Shown here in pieces: positions 48,210-57,101 of a stretch of DNA of 64,000 nt. Source of the stretch: an uncultured Fibrobacterota bacterium (GTDB lineage: Bacteria > Fibrobacterota > Chitinivibrionia > Chitinivibrionales > FEN-1185); contig CAVSQB010000007.1 of NCBI GenBank assembly GCA_963729895.1, positions 26,374 through 90,373 of the forward strand, written 5' to 3'. Each line of letters opens with the position of its first letter. The stretch's first letter is position 1. The translations under genes were made by a program, and so were the position numbers. A model generated the notes under the pieces. That model had not been told where the DNA came from and searched no databases. It saw only the letters and a program-made list of their open reading frames with translations.

Positions 48210-49211
48210 ATGAAAAGCATTTTTAAGAATCTTATCGTTGGTATTGGGCTGTTGGTTTCGTTTACGCAAACAATACGAGCACAAAACCTTATCAAAACGC
48301 GACCGCAATGGACGTACGAATGTATACCACTTACAACGAATTGGACATTTCTCTGTAGGATAAAAGAAATTAGTGCATTCAAGAAAATTTATTACGATAC
48401 TATTTATTACGATACATCATCTGTTACTTTAGATAGCAGCGGTCATTGGCTTTGGGTTTTGATTAAATCACCAATTGATGGAGGACGAGAACCCGAAGTT
48501 GACATTTTAGTGATTACCGACACTCGGATGCTTGCTTCTTTGGGTCAAAATGAAAATCACCGACAATGTTATAAATTTTTGGACAGAGTTGCAATATCTG
48601 GGCAATTAGACCATAAACCAGAAAATTTCATCCGTGAAACGCGCTTTGGTTCTGATGAACCTGACATAATGGATGAAATTACGGTCGCGTCCAAGTGTAT
48701 TTGGAATAAATTTTTCAAAGACCATATTAAGAGCAAAACCTTAGAAGACTTTAACCGGGGACGTATGTATGGAACAAAAAACGGAAGTGAAGAAACTGTC
48801 AAGGGCAGAATTTATGCAGATTCAATACCAATGATACGCCCACGATGGACAACAGAGTGCCTACCAATTACAACGATAAAGTGGATACCTTTGTGCCCTA
48901 CATGTAAAGATTATCTCTCTCATAAACAATCAAAAGATGTCTATTATGACTCTTCCTCTATTACTTGGGATAGCAGTGGTCGATGGGTTTGGGTCGTTAC
49001 AAGATTTCCAGGAGCCGGAGAAGTAACCCTTTATTTGTTTGCTAATACACATACATTTTATACTTTAAGCACAGGGACTTCTGGAGATGGCAGTTGTCTT
49101 AATTTTATTCAGGATAGAGTTCCCGGTTTGTATGAGATACCAGAGGGATCAGCAATTGAAGCCTTATGGGATGTTTTTTTTAAAAGTTCGGCACACAAAC
49201 GAAAGCATTAA
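48210..49211 (+). CDS. Hypothetical secreted protein with an internally duplicated domain
   Basis: Signal peptide. RP(Q/R)WT.EC.P.TT...YYD.SS.T.DSSG.W.WV occurs twice. AT-rich. Confidence 0.75.
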   Translation: MKSIFKNLIVGIGLLVSFTQTIRAQNLIKTRPQWTYECIPLTTNWTFLCRIKEISAFKKIYYDTIYYDTSSVTLDSSGHWLWVLIKSPIDGGREPEVDILVITDTRMLASLGQNENHRQCYKFLDRVAISGQLDHKPENFIRETRFGSDEPDIMDEITVASKCIWNKFFKDHIKSKTLEDFNRGRMYGTKNGSEETVKGRIYADSIPMIRPRWTTECLPITTIKWIPLCPTCKDYLSHKQSKDVYYDSSSITWDSSGRWVWVVTRFPGAGEVTLYLFANTHTFYTLSTGTSGDGSCLNFIQDRVPGLYEIPEGSAIEALWDVFFKSSAHKRKH

Positions 49212-49308
49212 AAAGTCAATAAGGGATAGTCGCGGGGTAGCTCCTTGCGACGATACGGCGCGTATCTTTCCTGCTTCTTAAAAGAGGAACGCCTGGAAGG
49301 GGGCAAGA

Positions 49309-49635
49309 GTGGATTCAAAGAAACGTGCATTACTTTACACCATGCACACCCGATTGAGAGACAACGAAAGACTTTTGGATACTCCTTGTGATAATCAAGA
49401 ATTGCAAAAAAGTAGACTTTTCAACGCCGTCTTTGCCTTCGAGTCCCTTCGCGCCCTTATTGCGAACACTGAATTCACTACCGGAAATGGCAAAAAGATG
49501 GTTGATCTTGCAATAGCACTTGAATGTCCAACACATTTAAGGCACTCCAAGGATTTTGTTGTTTCATTTACCCAAAAGAATGAATATAAAAAAAGTAAAG
49601 ATGTCGATACGGCAAGTTCCCCTGATATTCTGTAA
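49309..49635 (+). CDS. Hypothetical protein
   Basis: 108-aa ORF, GTG start after GGAAGGGGG. Confidence 0.55.
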   Translation: MDSKKRALLYTMHTRLRDNERLLDTPCDNQELQKSRLFNAVFAFESLRALIANTEFTTGNGKKMVDLAIALECPTHLRHSKDFVVSFTQKNEYKKSKDVDTASSPDIL

Positions 49636-49727
49636 GTTCTTGATTATGTCCAAAGGTGGGCCGGGTATAATTTTTTCGGCACGGCGCTTGATTCGTTTCT
49701 CCGGTTTCACCCTCCGGAGAACATGTC

Positions 49728-51170
49728 ATGCCGCAAGCTGCAATTGCCTGCCGAACTTCCGCTGCGCCTGGACGCAAGGCAGCCCCACCCCGGAAGTTCT
49801 ACCGCCCGCGCGACCATGAGACTTCGCCGTTCTTCAAGATTGTCCGTGACCGCTTTGACGATTTCGAGCGCGTGTACCCGGAACGTTATCAGCAGCGCTA
49901 CGGCTACTGGCGACCGGTAATCCGCTCGTCGATTGACAAGTTTTTGAGGTGCGGGGATTTGAAGGAAGGTTTCGCTCGCGTCAAGTGCAAGGACTGCGGG
50001 GAAGAGTTCTTCGTCGCGTTCTCCTGCAGACAACGCTCGTGTTGCCCATCATGCGACCAGAAGCGGGCGCTGTTGCTGGGCCATCGGCTCAAGGAAGAGG
50101 TGCTGGCCGAGGTTCCGCATCTCCAATGGGTTTTTACCATACCAAAGCGGCTGCGGGTTTACTTTCGCTACGACCGGAAATTGCTTGGCAAGCTCTGCCG
50201 GGCGGCCTACGATACGGTCTGCGATGTCTACGCGCTGGAAATCGACGGTGACTGCGGTGTTCCCGCCATGATCGGCGCGGTGCAGACGTTCGGCGACCTC
50301 ATCCACTGGCATTCGCATATACACGCAATTGTGCCCGAGGGCGTGTTCACGGACACTGGACACTTCGTGCATATTCCCGACATATGGCGTCACCGAGCGG
50401 CGGACATCTGGCAGGAAAAGGTTTTCGATTTGCTTCTTGACGCCTGTAAGATCGATCCGGATGTTGCGGCAAACATGCGAGGCTGGAGGCATTCCGGGTT
50501 CAACGTTGACAACTCTGTCCGGATCGAGGCGGGAGACAACGCCGGAATGCAGCGATTAGTGGAGTACATTTCGCGTTGCCCGCTCAGCCTCGCCCGCATG
50601 GTCACGCTCAACGCCGACGGAAGGATAGTGTATCGCGCCTCAAAGGGGAAGTGCTTCCCGTTCCCACAAACGGGCGAGCCTGTTGCGCCGGAGCGCTGCG
50701 CCGCGCCAATCCAGACGCTCATGGAAGGCATTCCTCGGAACTTTGAGGTCTTTGAGCCACTTGACTTTCTGGCTGAAGTGACTCAGCATATTCCCAATAA
50801 GGGTGAGCATCAGATACGGTATTACGGGTGGTACTCAAATAAGAAGCGGGGAATGCAGGAGAAGAAGGGGAAGAGCGTTGCCGCGCCCGGACACAACGAA
50901 CCGGACACGGCTTTCAGACGGAAATGCCGCATGACCTGGGCGGCGCTGATTAAATGCGTGTACGAGGTTGATCCGCTGAAGTGTCCGAAGTGCGGGGGCC
51001 AAATGAAGATCATCTCGTTCATCGAGGAAGATATGGTGATCGAGAAGATTCTGAGGCATTGCGGTTTGTGGAAGGAACAGGCGCCGCGCCCGCCGCCGGA
51101 AGAGAAGCCGCCGCCTAAGGTCGAAGAGTCTACGCTCGATTACGGGTTCTTCGAGAGAGCAGTGTGCTGA
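49728..51170 (+). CDS. IS91/ISCR-like rolling-circle HUH transposase, full length
   Basis: Zn-binding CGD...CKDC...SCRQRSCCPSC, QWVFTIPK, HUH motif HSHIH, HSGFNV, RLVEYISR, QIRYYGWYS, C-terminal CPKCGG. Confidence 0.9.
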   Translation: MPQAAIACRTSAAPGRKAAPPRKFYRPRDHETSPFFKIVRDRFDDFERVYPERYQQRYGYWRPVIRSSIDKFLRCGDLKEGFARVKCKDCGEEFFVAFSCRQRSCCPSCDQKRALLLGHRLKEEVLAEVPHLQWVFTIPKRLRVYFRYDRKLLGKLCRAAYDTVCDVYALEIDGDCGVPAMIGAVQTFGDLIHWHSHIHAIVPEGVFTDTGHFVHIPDIWRHRAADIWQEKVFDLLLDACKIDPDVAANMRGWRHSGFNVDNSVRIEAGDNAGMQRLVEYISRCPLSLARMVTLNADGRIVYRASKGKCFPFPQTGEPVAPERCAAPIQTLMEGIPRNFEVFEPLDFLAEVTQHIPNKGEHQIRYYGWYSNKKRGMQEKKGKSVAAPGHNEPDTAFRRKCRMTWAALIKCVYEVDPLKCPKCGGQMKIISFIEEDMVIEKILRHCGLWKEQAPRPPPEEKPPPKVEESTLDYGFFERAVC

Positions 51171-51520
51171 ATCCACCGAAATAGTTGTATCTGCGAATAA
51201 GCCCTTCCAAAGCGCTTTGCGCAAGCTACGTTTTTTCTTGCTTTTTGTCAGCAAATGCCCCTATATTATGCTTAAGCTTGCCGGTGAATAAGACGGGCGA
51301 AACGGTGAACGGGTCGGGAATGTCGTCAACTGTCAAGGTAAGACCCTTGCCGCATTCCACCCTTTCGAAAAATCGAAATGCCTATCAGTCGCTGTGGATG
51401 GATATGGTTTCCACGAAAGAAAAATGCACCACTATGTCCGAAATGTAAAACCCCTTATTGGAATAAAAAGAAATGATTGTATCAACTTTAAAACTTCGTC
51501 TCAACAAAAAGGAGGAAGGC

Positions 51521-52135
51521 ATGAAAAAAACAATTCTCGTTCTCTCGTTATTGTCTCTAGTCGTTCCAACAAATTCAGCGGAGATACATGCATGGGTCGA
51601 TTCTGCCGCCGTCGAGGGATATTACTGGACCATAGACACCCTATATGATTCGATTCAGTGGACCATTTCCGAAGTAAACGCCCAAGGCCGGTCCTCGTTC
51701 CCGGACGGCGATACGTTTGTTTGTTGGGGTAAATTAAAAAACCCCATGCCTATGCCAGGAACAAATCAATATTATTCGATAAGTCGCATTACCCCTCACT
51801 TCATAGATACAGTTTTTCTTGCGATGGGGTATAAGCAGGTTGACGAGTGGTTCGTGGCAACAGAACCGTCGGGCGGATACTTTGAAGATCTAACAGATAC
51901 TGCGATTTGGTTTGATATTTTCACCAACAAGGGCTTAAAAGATAGTATTGTTTTATTTGGAATTCAGGGAAGCAAACTTGTCGGCAAATTTACCTCAGTA
52001 ACCGATAAAACCATTCAGCGACCAACAATCAATGTGTCGCGCTCTTGCCGATACTTTTTTGCCAACGGGCGCGTGGCCCCGGCAGCGGCAACGCGGAGGT
52101 TTTCGTTTACGCCCAATTGGATTATTGCTCGATAA
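51521..52135 (+). CDS. Hypothetical secreted protein
   Basis: AGGAGG RBS, signal peptide MKKTILVLSLLSLVVPTNSA. Confidence 0.75.
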   Translation: MKKTILVLSLLSLVVPTNSAEIHAWVDSAAVEGYYWTIDTLYDSIQWTISEVNAQGRSSFPDGDTFVCWGKLKNPMPMPGTNQYYSISRITPHFIDTVFLAMGYKQVDEWFVATEPSGGYFEDLTDTAIWFDIFTNKGLKDSIVLFGIQGSKLVGKFTSVTDKTIQRPTINVSRSCRYFFANGRVAPAAATRRFSFTPNWIIAR

Positions 52136-52166
52136 TCCTAAGAAAAGGGATACCCGGAGGTGTCAA

Positions 52167-52556
52167 GTGAATAAGGTATTTTTGATTCTGCTTTGTGCTT
52201 TGGCAATGCAGGGGCACGCGGATCTGTGTGACACGATGAAGGTGAGCTGCAATGCGGGTGGAAATAATTTTGCCGGTTATTGTCAATTAATACAAATAGT
52301 AAACGGTTATTTAATTTTCCAGTATTCCGGAGAATTCGGCGGTCCTGATGGAATATTTTATAAGCCAATTGCGTTTGAAATAAAGAATCCTGAAACCCAA
52401 AAGACAAAAGAATATCTATCGCAATTACATATTGGCATTCAGTTGTGGCGAATGATGGATAGTGGAACCGTCATTTACAAAAAAAGAGTAGTACAAATGG
52501 AAACAACGAGAGGCTTCACTGAAGAAATAGGGGTGTACGGTATTCTGAAGCAATAG
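52167..52556 (+). CDS. Hypothetical secreted protein
   Basis: GGAGG then GTG, signal peptide MNKVFLILLCALAMQGHA. Confidence 0.65.
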   Translation: MNKVFLILLCALAMQGHADLCDTMKVSCNAGGNNFAGYCQLIQIVNGYLIFQYSGEFGGPDGIFYKPIAFEIKNPETQKTKEYLSQLHIGIQLWRMMDSGTVIYKKRVVQMETTRGFTEEIGVYGILKQ

Positions 52557-52697
52557 CTGCTTTTTCCTTTTTCTCTGCTGAATCGAACGCCTTTTTACAA
52601 GGGGTGAATAGCGAATAGCTACGCGACAAGGCCGGACCCTTCCGCCCGGCCTTTCATCCCTGCCACAATAGCGGAAACGTCCCGGAAGGGGGAAAAG

Positions 52698-53288
52698 ATG
52701 GACCTACAACAGGAAGCAGCCCTTCACGAATACGTAAAAGCCATGCAACCATGGGCTAAATCTCAAATATTAATGATGGAAAAGGAGAAGAAGCGGTATC
52801 ATAAGCTGTACGCGGAAGCGCAAGCCTTGGGTGCTACACGTGAGTATTTATTATTTGTTGAAAATGAACCGAAAGTTTGGAAACGTATTGAACTCCTTAC
52901 CGAGAAGATTGAACTACTAAAATCTATCCCAAAAACCCGAAAGCCGCAAGCGGTCACGCCGGAGCAGGTGGCGCGCTCGGGGAACGACAACCAAACCGCG
53001 CAGAAACAAGACAACGCATCGGAACCGGAAGAAGTGAAAATATCCCAATGGGTTTCCGACGCGATAAAGAAGAATGAGGAACACGATAATGTCAAAGGAG
53101 AATTGCTCAACAAATTAGAGAGCGTGAACGCTCGCGTTTCTTTCATTGAACGAACCGCGCCAAAGGGAATAAGAGATACCGACCGGACAAGATATGCAGG
53201 TATTAGTCAGACGCAATATTCGAGAGCGCGCCACGATTTAGACTTGCCAAGGAGAAAAATGTCCCAAAAGAAAAAGGGCGCTATGTAA
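52698..53288 (+). CDS. Hypothetical protein, possible C-terminal HTH
   Basis: 196-aa ORF with RBS, C-terminal RTRYAGISQTQYSRAR. Confidence 0.65.
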   Translation: MDLQQEAALHEYVKAMQPWAKSQILMMEKEKKRYHKLYAEAQALGATREYLLFVENEPKVWKRIELLTEKIELLKSIPKTRKPQAVTPEQVARSGNDNQTAQKQDNASEPEEVKISQWVSDAIKKNEEHDNVKGELLNKLESVNARVSFIERTAPKGIRDTDRTRYAGISQTQYSRARHDLDLPRRKMSQKKKGAM

Positions 53289-53404
53289 ACTTCTGTCAAC
53301 TTTATGTAAATATTTGTCAACGGTATTTGATTTATAATACATGCAGATGGTCAAAAGGCTATCTGCTTTTTTTATTTGCATAGGAACAATTGGGAAAGGT
53401 GGAA

Positions 53405-53626
53405 ATGATGATTTTTCAAAAACAGACAGACCTTCTTGAACGCAAACGTCACATTGGCTGGACAAACCGGGAAGTCGGAAACGCCCTGGGAGTCGCACCG
53501 GGGGTGGCTTCCTCAAAGCTGAATGGGTTCATAATCCTAACCAGTGAAGAGCGACGGCGGCTTGAAACGGCAATGTCCGAGGCAGAGACGGCCCAAAAAG
53601 CAGAGGCGGCGCGTGTCGCAATATGA
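53405..53626 (+). CDS. Small Cro/XRE-like HTH protein
   Basis: GWTNREVGNALGVAPGVASSKLNG. Confidence 0.7.
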   Translation: MMIFQKQTDLLERKRHIGWTNREVGNALGVAPGVASSKLNGFIILTSEERRRLETAMSEAETAQKAEAARVAI

Positions 53627-53976
53627 CTCCAAGTCCAAAAGTTTTGGGAAGTGCAAAATGGAAATGCCTTACGGGTTCTATCGAAGTGGCAATCATCTCA
53701 ACGCTGCTTCTGAGGGCCGACAAGAACACGATGCAGTGTTACCCAAGCATTGCGACTATCGCGTCCGATACCCGGACCTCAGAAAAAACAGTAGACCGGG
53801 CGTTGCCTGAATTGGAAAGAAAAGGGGCGCTCGTTATTAACAAAAGCTATACCCATTATTTGAAAAAAGGACGTAATACGATTAAGCGAAAGAACACCTA
53901 TGACCTTTCATGCTGGAGGGCCTTTTGCCATTATAAGAAATTTGCCAAAGTTGGACAAAATGACCCTTCACAATAA
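53623..53976 (+). CDS. Winged-HTH replication-initiator-like protein
   Basis: CYPSIATIASDTRTSEKTVDRALPELERKG, adjacent to iterons. Confidence 0.75.
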   Translation: MTPSPKVLGSAKWKCLTGSIEVAIISTLLLRADKNTMQCYPSIATIASDTRTSEKTVDRALPELERKGALVINKSYTHYLKKGRNTIKRKNTYDLSCWRAFCHYKKFAKVGQNDPSQ

Positions 53977-54118
53977 TTGCCATAGTGTCAACGGTTTACC
54001 TATGAAAAGGGTGTTGTGAAAGGACAAAATGACCCTTCACAAATTTGCCAAAGTTGGACAAAATGACCCTTAAACATGTATTTAACAGGTTTTTCTCTTA
54101 ACAGGTTTTTAATTAATA
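53941..54118. repeat. Iteron-type replication origin candidate
   Basis: GGACAAAATGACCCTT three times (53953, 54022, 54056), then an AT-rich tract with TTAACAGGTTTT twice. Confidence 0.75.
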
Positions 54119-54165
54119 CATATCTACACAATCGGCCCTAACGGGCCGTACAAGTTCAAGTAAAA

Positions 54166-54969
54166 ATGATAATTCAGGAAAAAGACATTCAAGAGTGCTG
54201 GAAACAATCCCTCGTGGTATTTCCTGCCTTTGTAAGACTCCTTCAAGGTAAGAAGGCGCTTCATTGCCCTAACGGTCATTCGTGGCAAGAGATCAACACC
54301 CTTGTCGACGCGCTCCAATGGCTCAGTATATATGACGGCCAAGCGAACACCCTTGTCCTGAAGACCGGCAAGGTGTCCGACATCACCGTGATCGACGACG
54401 ACATGCGGACCTGCATTAATCCAGACCTGGAGCGGCTTGTACCTGTCGGGACACCCACGGCCGTCACTGGCAACAACGGACACCATTTCTTTTTCCAGTA
54501 CGACGCAACGACGCCCACGGCCTCATACAAGCGGGCGTGTATCGACCTGCGGAATGATGGCGGGTTGATCTTCCTTCCCCCGTCCTGCATTGAGGGCCGG
54601 ACATACTCGTGGATCGTACCGCTCACCCGTGACGCGCTGCGGCCAATGCCGGACGCGCTGCGGGCGCCTATTGCTTCCCTGCGGGAACCATGCGGCCGGA
54701 TGCGGGAACCCGGCACAAAGACCTATGCGATGCTTTCCACGAAACAGCGGTATTATCTCGACCGATACCTGGACAGGTGCAATCGGGCGAAAAAGGGAAA
54801 ACATGATCGGTCTGCATGCGATTTCGCTTTGTGTTCATGGGCCATCAAGTGCAGCTTGTCACCAGAAAGCCTTTGGCAGCTTGTTCGCGGTGTCGGAAAG
54901 TTTGCTGAGGAATCCCATGGGCGAAACTATTTCGACAGGACATACAAGAACGCTTTGGGGACGGAATGA
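54166..54969 (+). CDS. Bifunctional DNA primase/polymerase (Prim-Pol/AEP) domain protein
   Basis: TGKVSDITVIDDD, TGNNGHHFFF, IDLRNDGGLIFLPPS, C-terminal DRSACDFAL. Confidence 0.85.
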   Translation: MIIQEKDIQECWKQSLVVFPAFVRLLQGKKALHCPNGHSWQEINTLVDALQWLSIYDGQANTLVLKTGKVSDITVIDDDMRTCINPDLERLVPVGTPTAVTGNNGHHFFFQYDATTPTASYKRACIDLRNDGGLIFLPPSCIEGRTYSWIVPLTRDALRPMPDALRAPIASLREPCGRMREPGTKTYAMLSTKQRYYLDRYLDRCNRAKKGKHDRSACDFALCSWAIKCSLSPESLWQLVRGVGKFAEESHGRNYFDRTYKNALGTE

Positions 54970-55271
54970 GTAAAGGTTTTGGCAACCGGCAACACGCAAT
55001 TATGGCGGCTCTGGCTTCACATGAATGCTTTTGGTTGCGGTCTATGTTGGATTCATCCTGCACCAAAGCGGAATACAACAGTCTATTGCGTGCTGCGATG
55101 AAATTGGAGATGGCGGGTTTAATAAAAATAGATCGGTTCATGTGCTCAGCTTGTCAACAGTATTTAGGTCGTACAGCTATTCGACGCATTGGTACGGCAA
55201 TACCGAACCGAGACGACGTTGAGGTGATAAGTGATGGACAAGTGCACCCTGGCAACCTTACCAACACTTAA
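54966..55271 (+). CDS. Hypothetical protein
   Basis: ATGA overlap with the primase gene. Confidence 0.6.
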   Translation: MSKGFGNRQHAIMAALASHECFWLRSMLDSSCTKAEYNSLLRAAMKLEMAGLIKIDRFMCSACQQYLGRTAIRRIGTAIPNRDDVEVISDGQVHPGNLTNT

Positions 55272-55282
55272 AAGCGGACTGC

Positions 55283-55741
55283 ATGAGAACCGAATCAAAG
55301 CAGCTTGAACTTTTCCCCGGCACGAATACGGCGCGGTCGTGGAAACTGAAGGCACCACCACGGCAGCAGGAAACGGCCTTCATGCGTCAACTACAACAGG
55401 CGGCCCGGCTCCTGGGCCTGCCGTCCGTCCATATCTCTTACTACTGCGGCAACAAGTTCTATGTGCGGTGTTCGCATTGCGGCCACGTCGAGCTTGCCGA
55501 ATGTCGTAAGCGCAACAACCAAGAGAACGCGGGCCTGCCGGACTTGTGCGGCATTGCCTGGGGGATCGAAACCAAGCTGGACCGGAACCAACGCGGTGAC
55601 GCATTCGAGCCAACGGCCCGGCAGACGGCCGCACACGACGCACTACGGCGGCAAGGTGTCCCGGTTATTGTCGCGCACCCCGGCAATTTACAAGAGGCGA
55701 TTTCATTTCTGCAAAAACTTTCTAAGGAGCGTGCGGCATGA
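55283..55741 (+). CDS. VRR-NUC-like PD-(D/E)xK nuclease
   Basis: AGLPDL...IETK...PTARQ, with a CxxC insert. Confidence 0.65.
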   Translation: MRTESKQLELFPGTNTARSWKLKAPPRQQETAFMRQLQQAARLLGLPSVHISYYCGNKFYVRCSHCGHVELAECRKRNNQENAGLPDLCGIAWGIETKLDRNQRGDAFEPTARQTAAHDALRRQGVPVIVAHPGNLQEAISFLQKLSKERAA

Positions 55742-55866
55742 GTGAACAAACAGCGACGGCCACAATTGAACTGCCACGCCTGGGCACGTATTCGGACATG
55801 CAGAAACTTACCGGCAGGTCGTACCAGACCATAGCGCGGTGCGCGTGCAGCTCTGCGGCCAGTTGA
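55738..55866 (+). pseudogene. Truncated paralog of the xis-like gene
   Basis: TIELPRLGTYSDMQKLTGRSYQTIAR versus TIEMPRLGTYKDMRRLTGRSYATISR in the 57091 gene. Confidence 0.7.
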
Positions 55867-56094
55867 GTAAAAATCGAGTTTTTGCATCTTTGGAGCGGTT
55901 GGTAGTTTCCGGAAAACTGGAAAACAGGAAAACTGAGCAATATATATGAACGATCTTCTCCGCTACCTCTTATGGGATCAGACCACCACCCCATCGGCCG
56001 AATTGCCGTTGTTACGGCGATCCGGTATTCGAGACTCTTTTTCAGGATGAAAAGTTAATTTGAAGCACCGAACTTTTACAGCGGGGATGAACCA

Positions 56095-56376
56095 ATGAAA
56101 GACCTATCCGGACGCCTGAGAAAAGTAGAGGACATACTCCGGGCCGCTCAATGGCAGCCGACAACGCAAGAGCGCCAGGCTTATTTACTGGACATTTGGA
56201 AAGCGCTTCTCGCCGGTAATGAACTTCCCGAACCGCCTGCAGATTGGATTTTGCCGGACACGAAAAAAGAGGACCGCCGGCGCATTGCCCAAATGTCCGA
56301 CGATGAACTTGAAGAGGAAATTTTGTCGGCATTCGTTGGACTGAAATTGGTGGATAATTTACAAAAAAGAGACTGA
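56095..56376 (+). CDS. Hypothetical protein
   Basis: 93-aa ORF in a closely packed run of genes. Confidence 0.6.
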   Translation: MKDLSGRLRKVEDILRAAQWQPTTQERQAYLLDIWKALLAGNELPEPPADWILPDTKKEDRRRIAQMSDDELEEEILSAFVGLKLVDNLQKRD

Positions 56377-56379
56377 ATC

Positions 56380-56667
56380 GTGATGGAAAATGAGAAAAAA
56401 AACACTGCGGATAAAGGGCAACCCTCGGGCAATTCGGGGAATACGGGAAAATCCCCACCCTTCCGCCTGGACAAAGCCCCGCGAAACGCACGCCAGGCCC
56501 GCAAATATTTAGGGCGCCTGCTGTCAGCTTTCCAGAGGGGGCTTGTTGATGACAAAACAACGCGCACCTCAGTTTACATTTTGCAAGTGATGTGCCAGGT
56601 GATACAGACGGCCGACATTGAATCCCGGCTTGTGGAACTGGAAAAGAAAGTGACGGCAAAAAAATGA
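56380..56667 (+). CDS. Hypothetical protein (phage-type, coiled-coil end)
   Basis: Ends IESRLVELEKK, ATGA-coupled to the next ORF. Confidence 0.6.
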   Translation: MMENEKKNTADKGQPSGNSGNTGKSPPFRLDKAPRNARQARKYLGRLLSAFQRGLVDDKTTRTSVYILQVMCQVIQTADIESRLVELEKKVTAKK

Positions 56668-57101
56668 ACCTTCTTAAGCGGATCGAAGCCATTGAAAAAA
56701 TGCTCGGAGATTCGCGGCCGCGCAACGTGTGGACGGCTTTTGTCTCTCCGGCCGGAAAATGCTTTTGCGTAAAAAACTTCAAATCGATTCCACGGCAGCG
56801 ACCACCCACAGGATTTAAATTCGGCCCTCCTGTCGACGGGGAGGAGTTGACCTTCACCCTTCGGGAAGTTATTGCAACTAACCGGGCGGATGACACGCGC
56901 TCCGAGACTTTGGATTTTTCGACTGAGGCCGAAATGATCGAGCATTTCCAGCGCGACGGAAAGCGCGTGGTTGTTTGGAAGGAGGACCTGCAGAGCGCCG
57001 AAGACATTCCCGGAGTTGCCAAGGCGGACGTTATTCTCATAGTTGGTGACATAAGGCAGCTTGAACACGAACCCGATGAAGAGGTGGACCATGGGTACTG
57101 A
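56664..57101 (+). CDS. Hypothetical protein
   Basis: 145-aa coupled ORF. Confidence 0.6.
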   Translation: MNLLKRIEAIEKMLGDSRPRNVWTAFVSPAGKCFCVKNFKSIPRQRPPTGFKFGPPVDGEELTFTLREVIATNRADDTRSETLDFSTEAEMIEHFQRDGKRVVVWKEDLQSAEDIPGVAKADVILIVGDIRQLEHEPDEEVDHGY

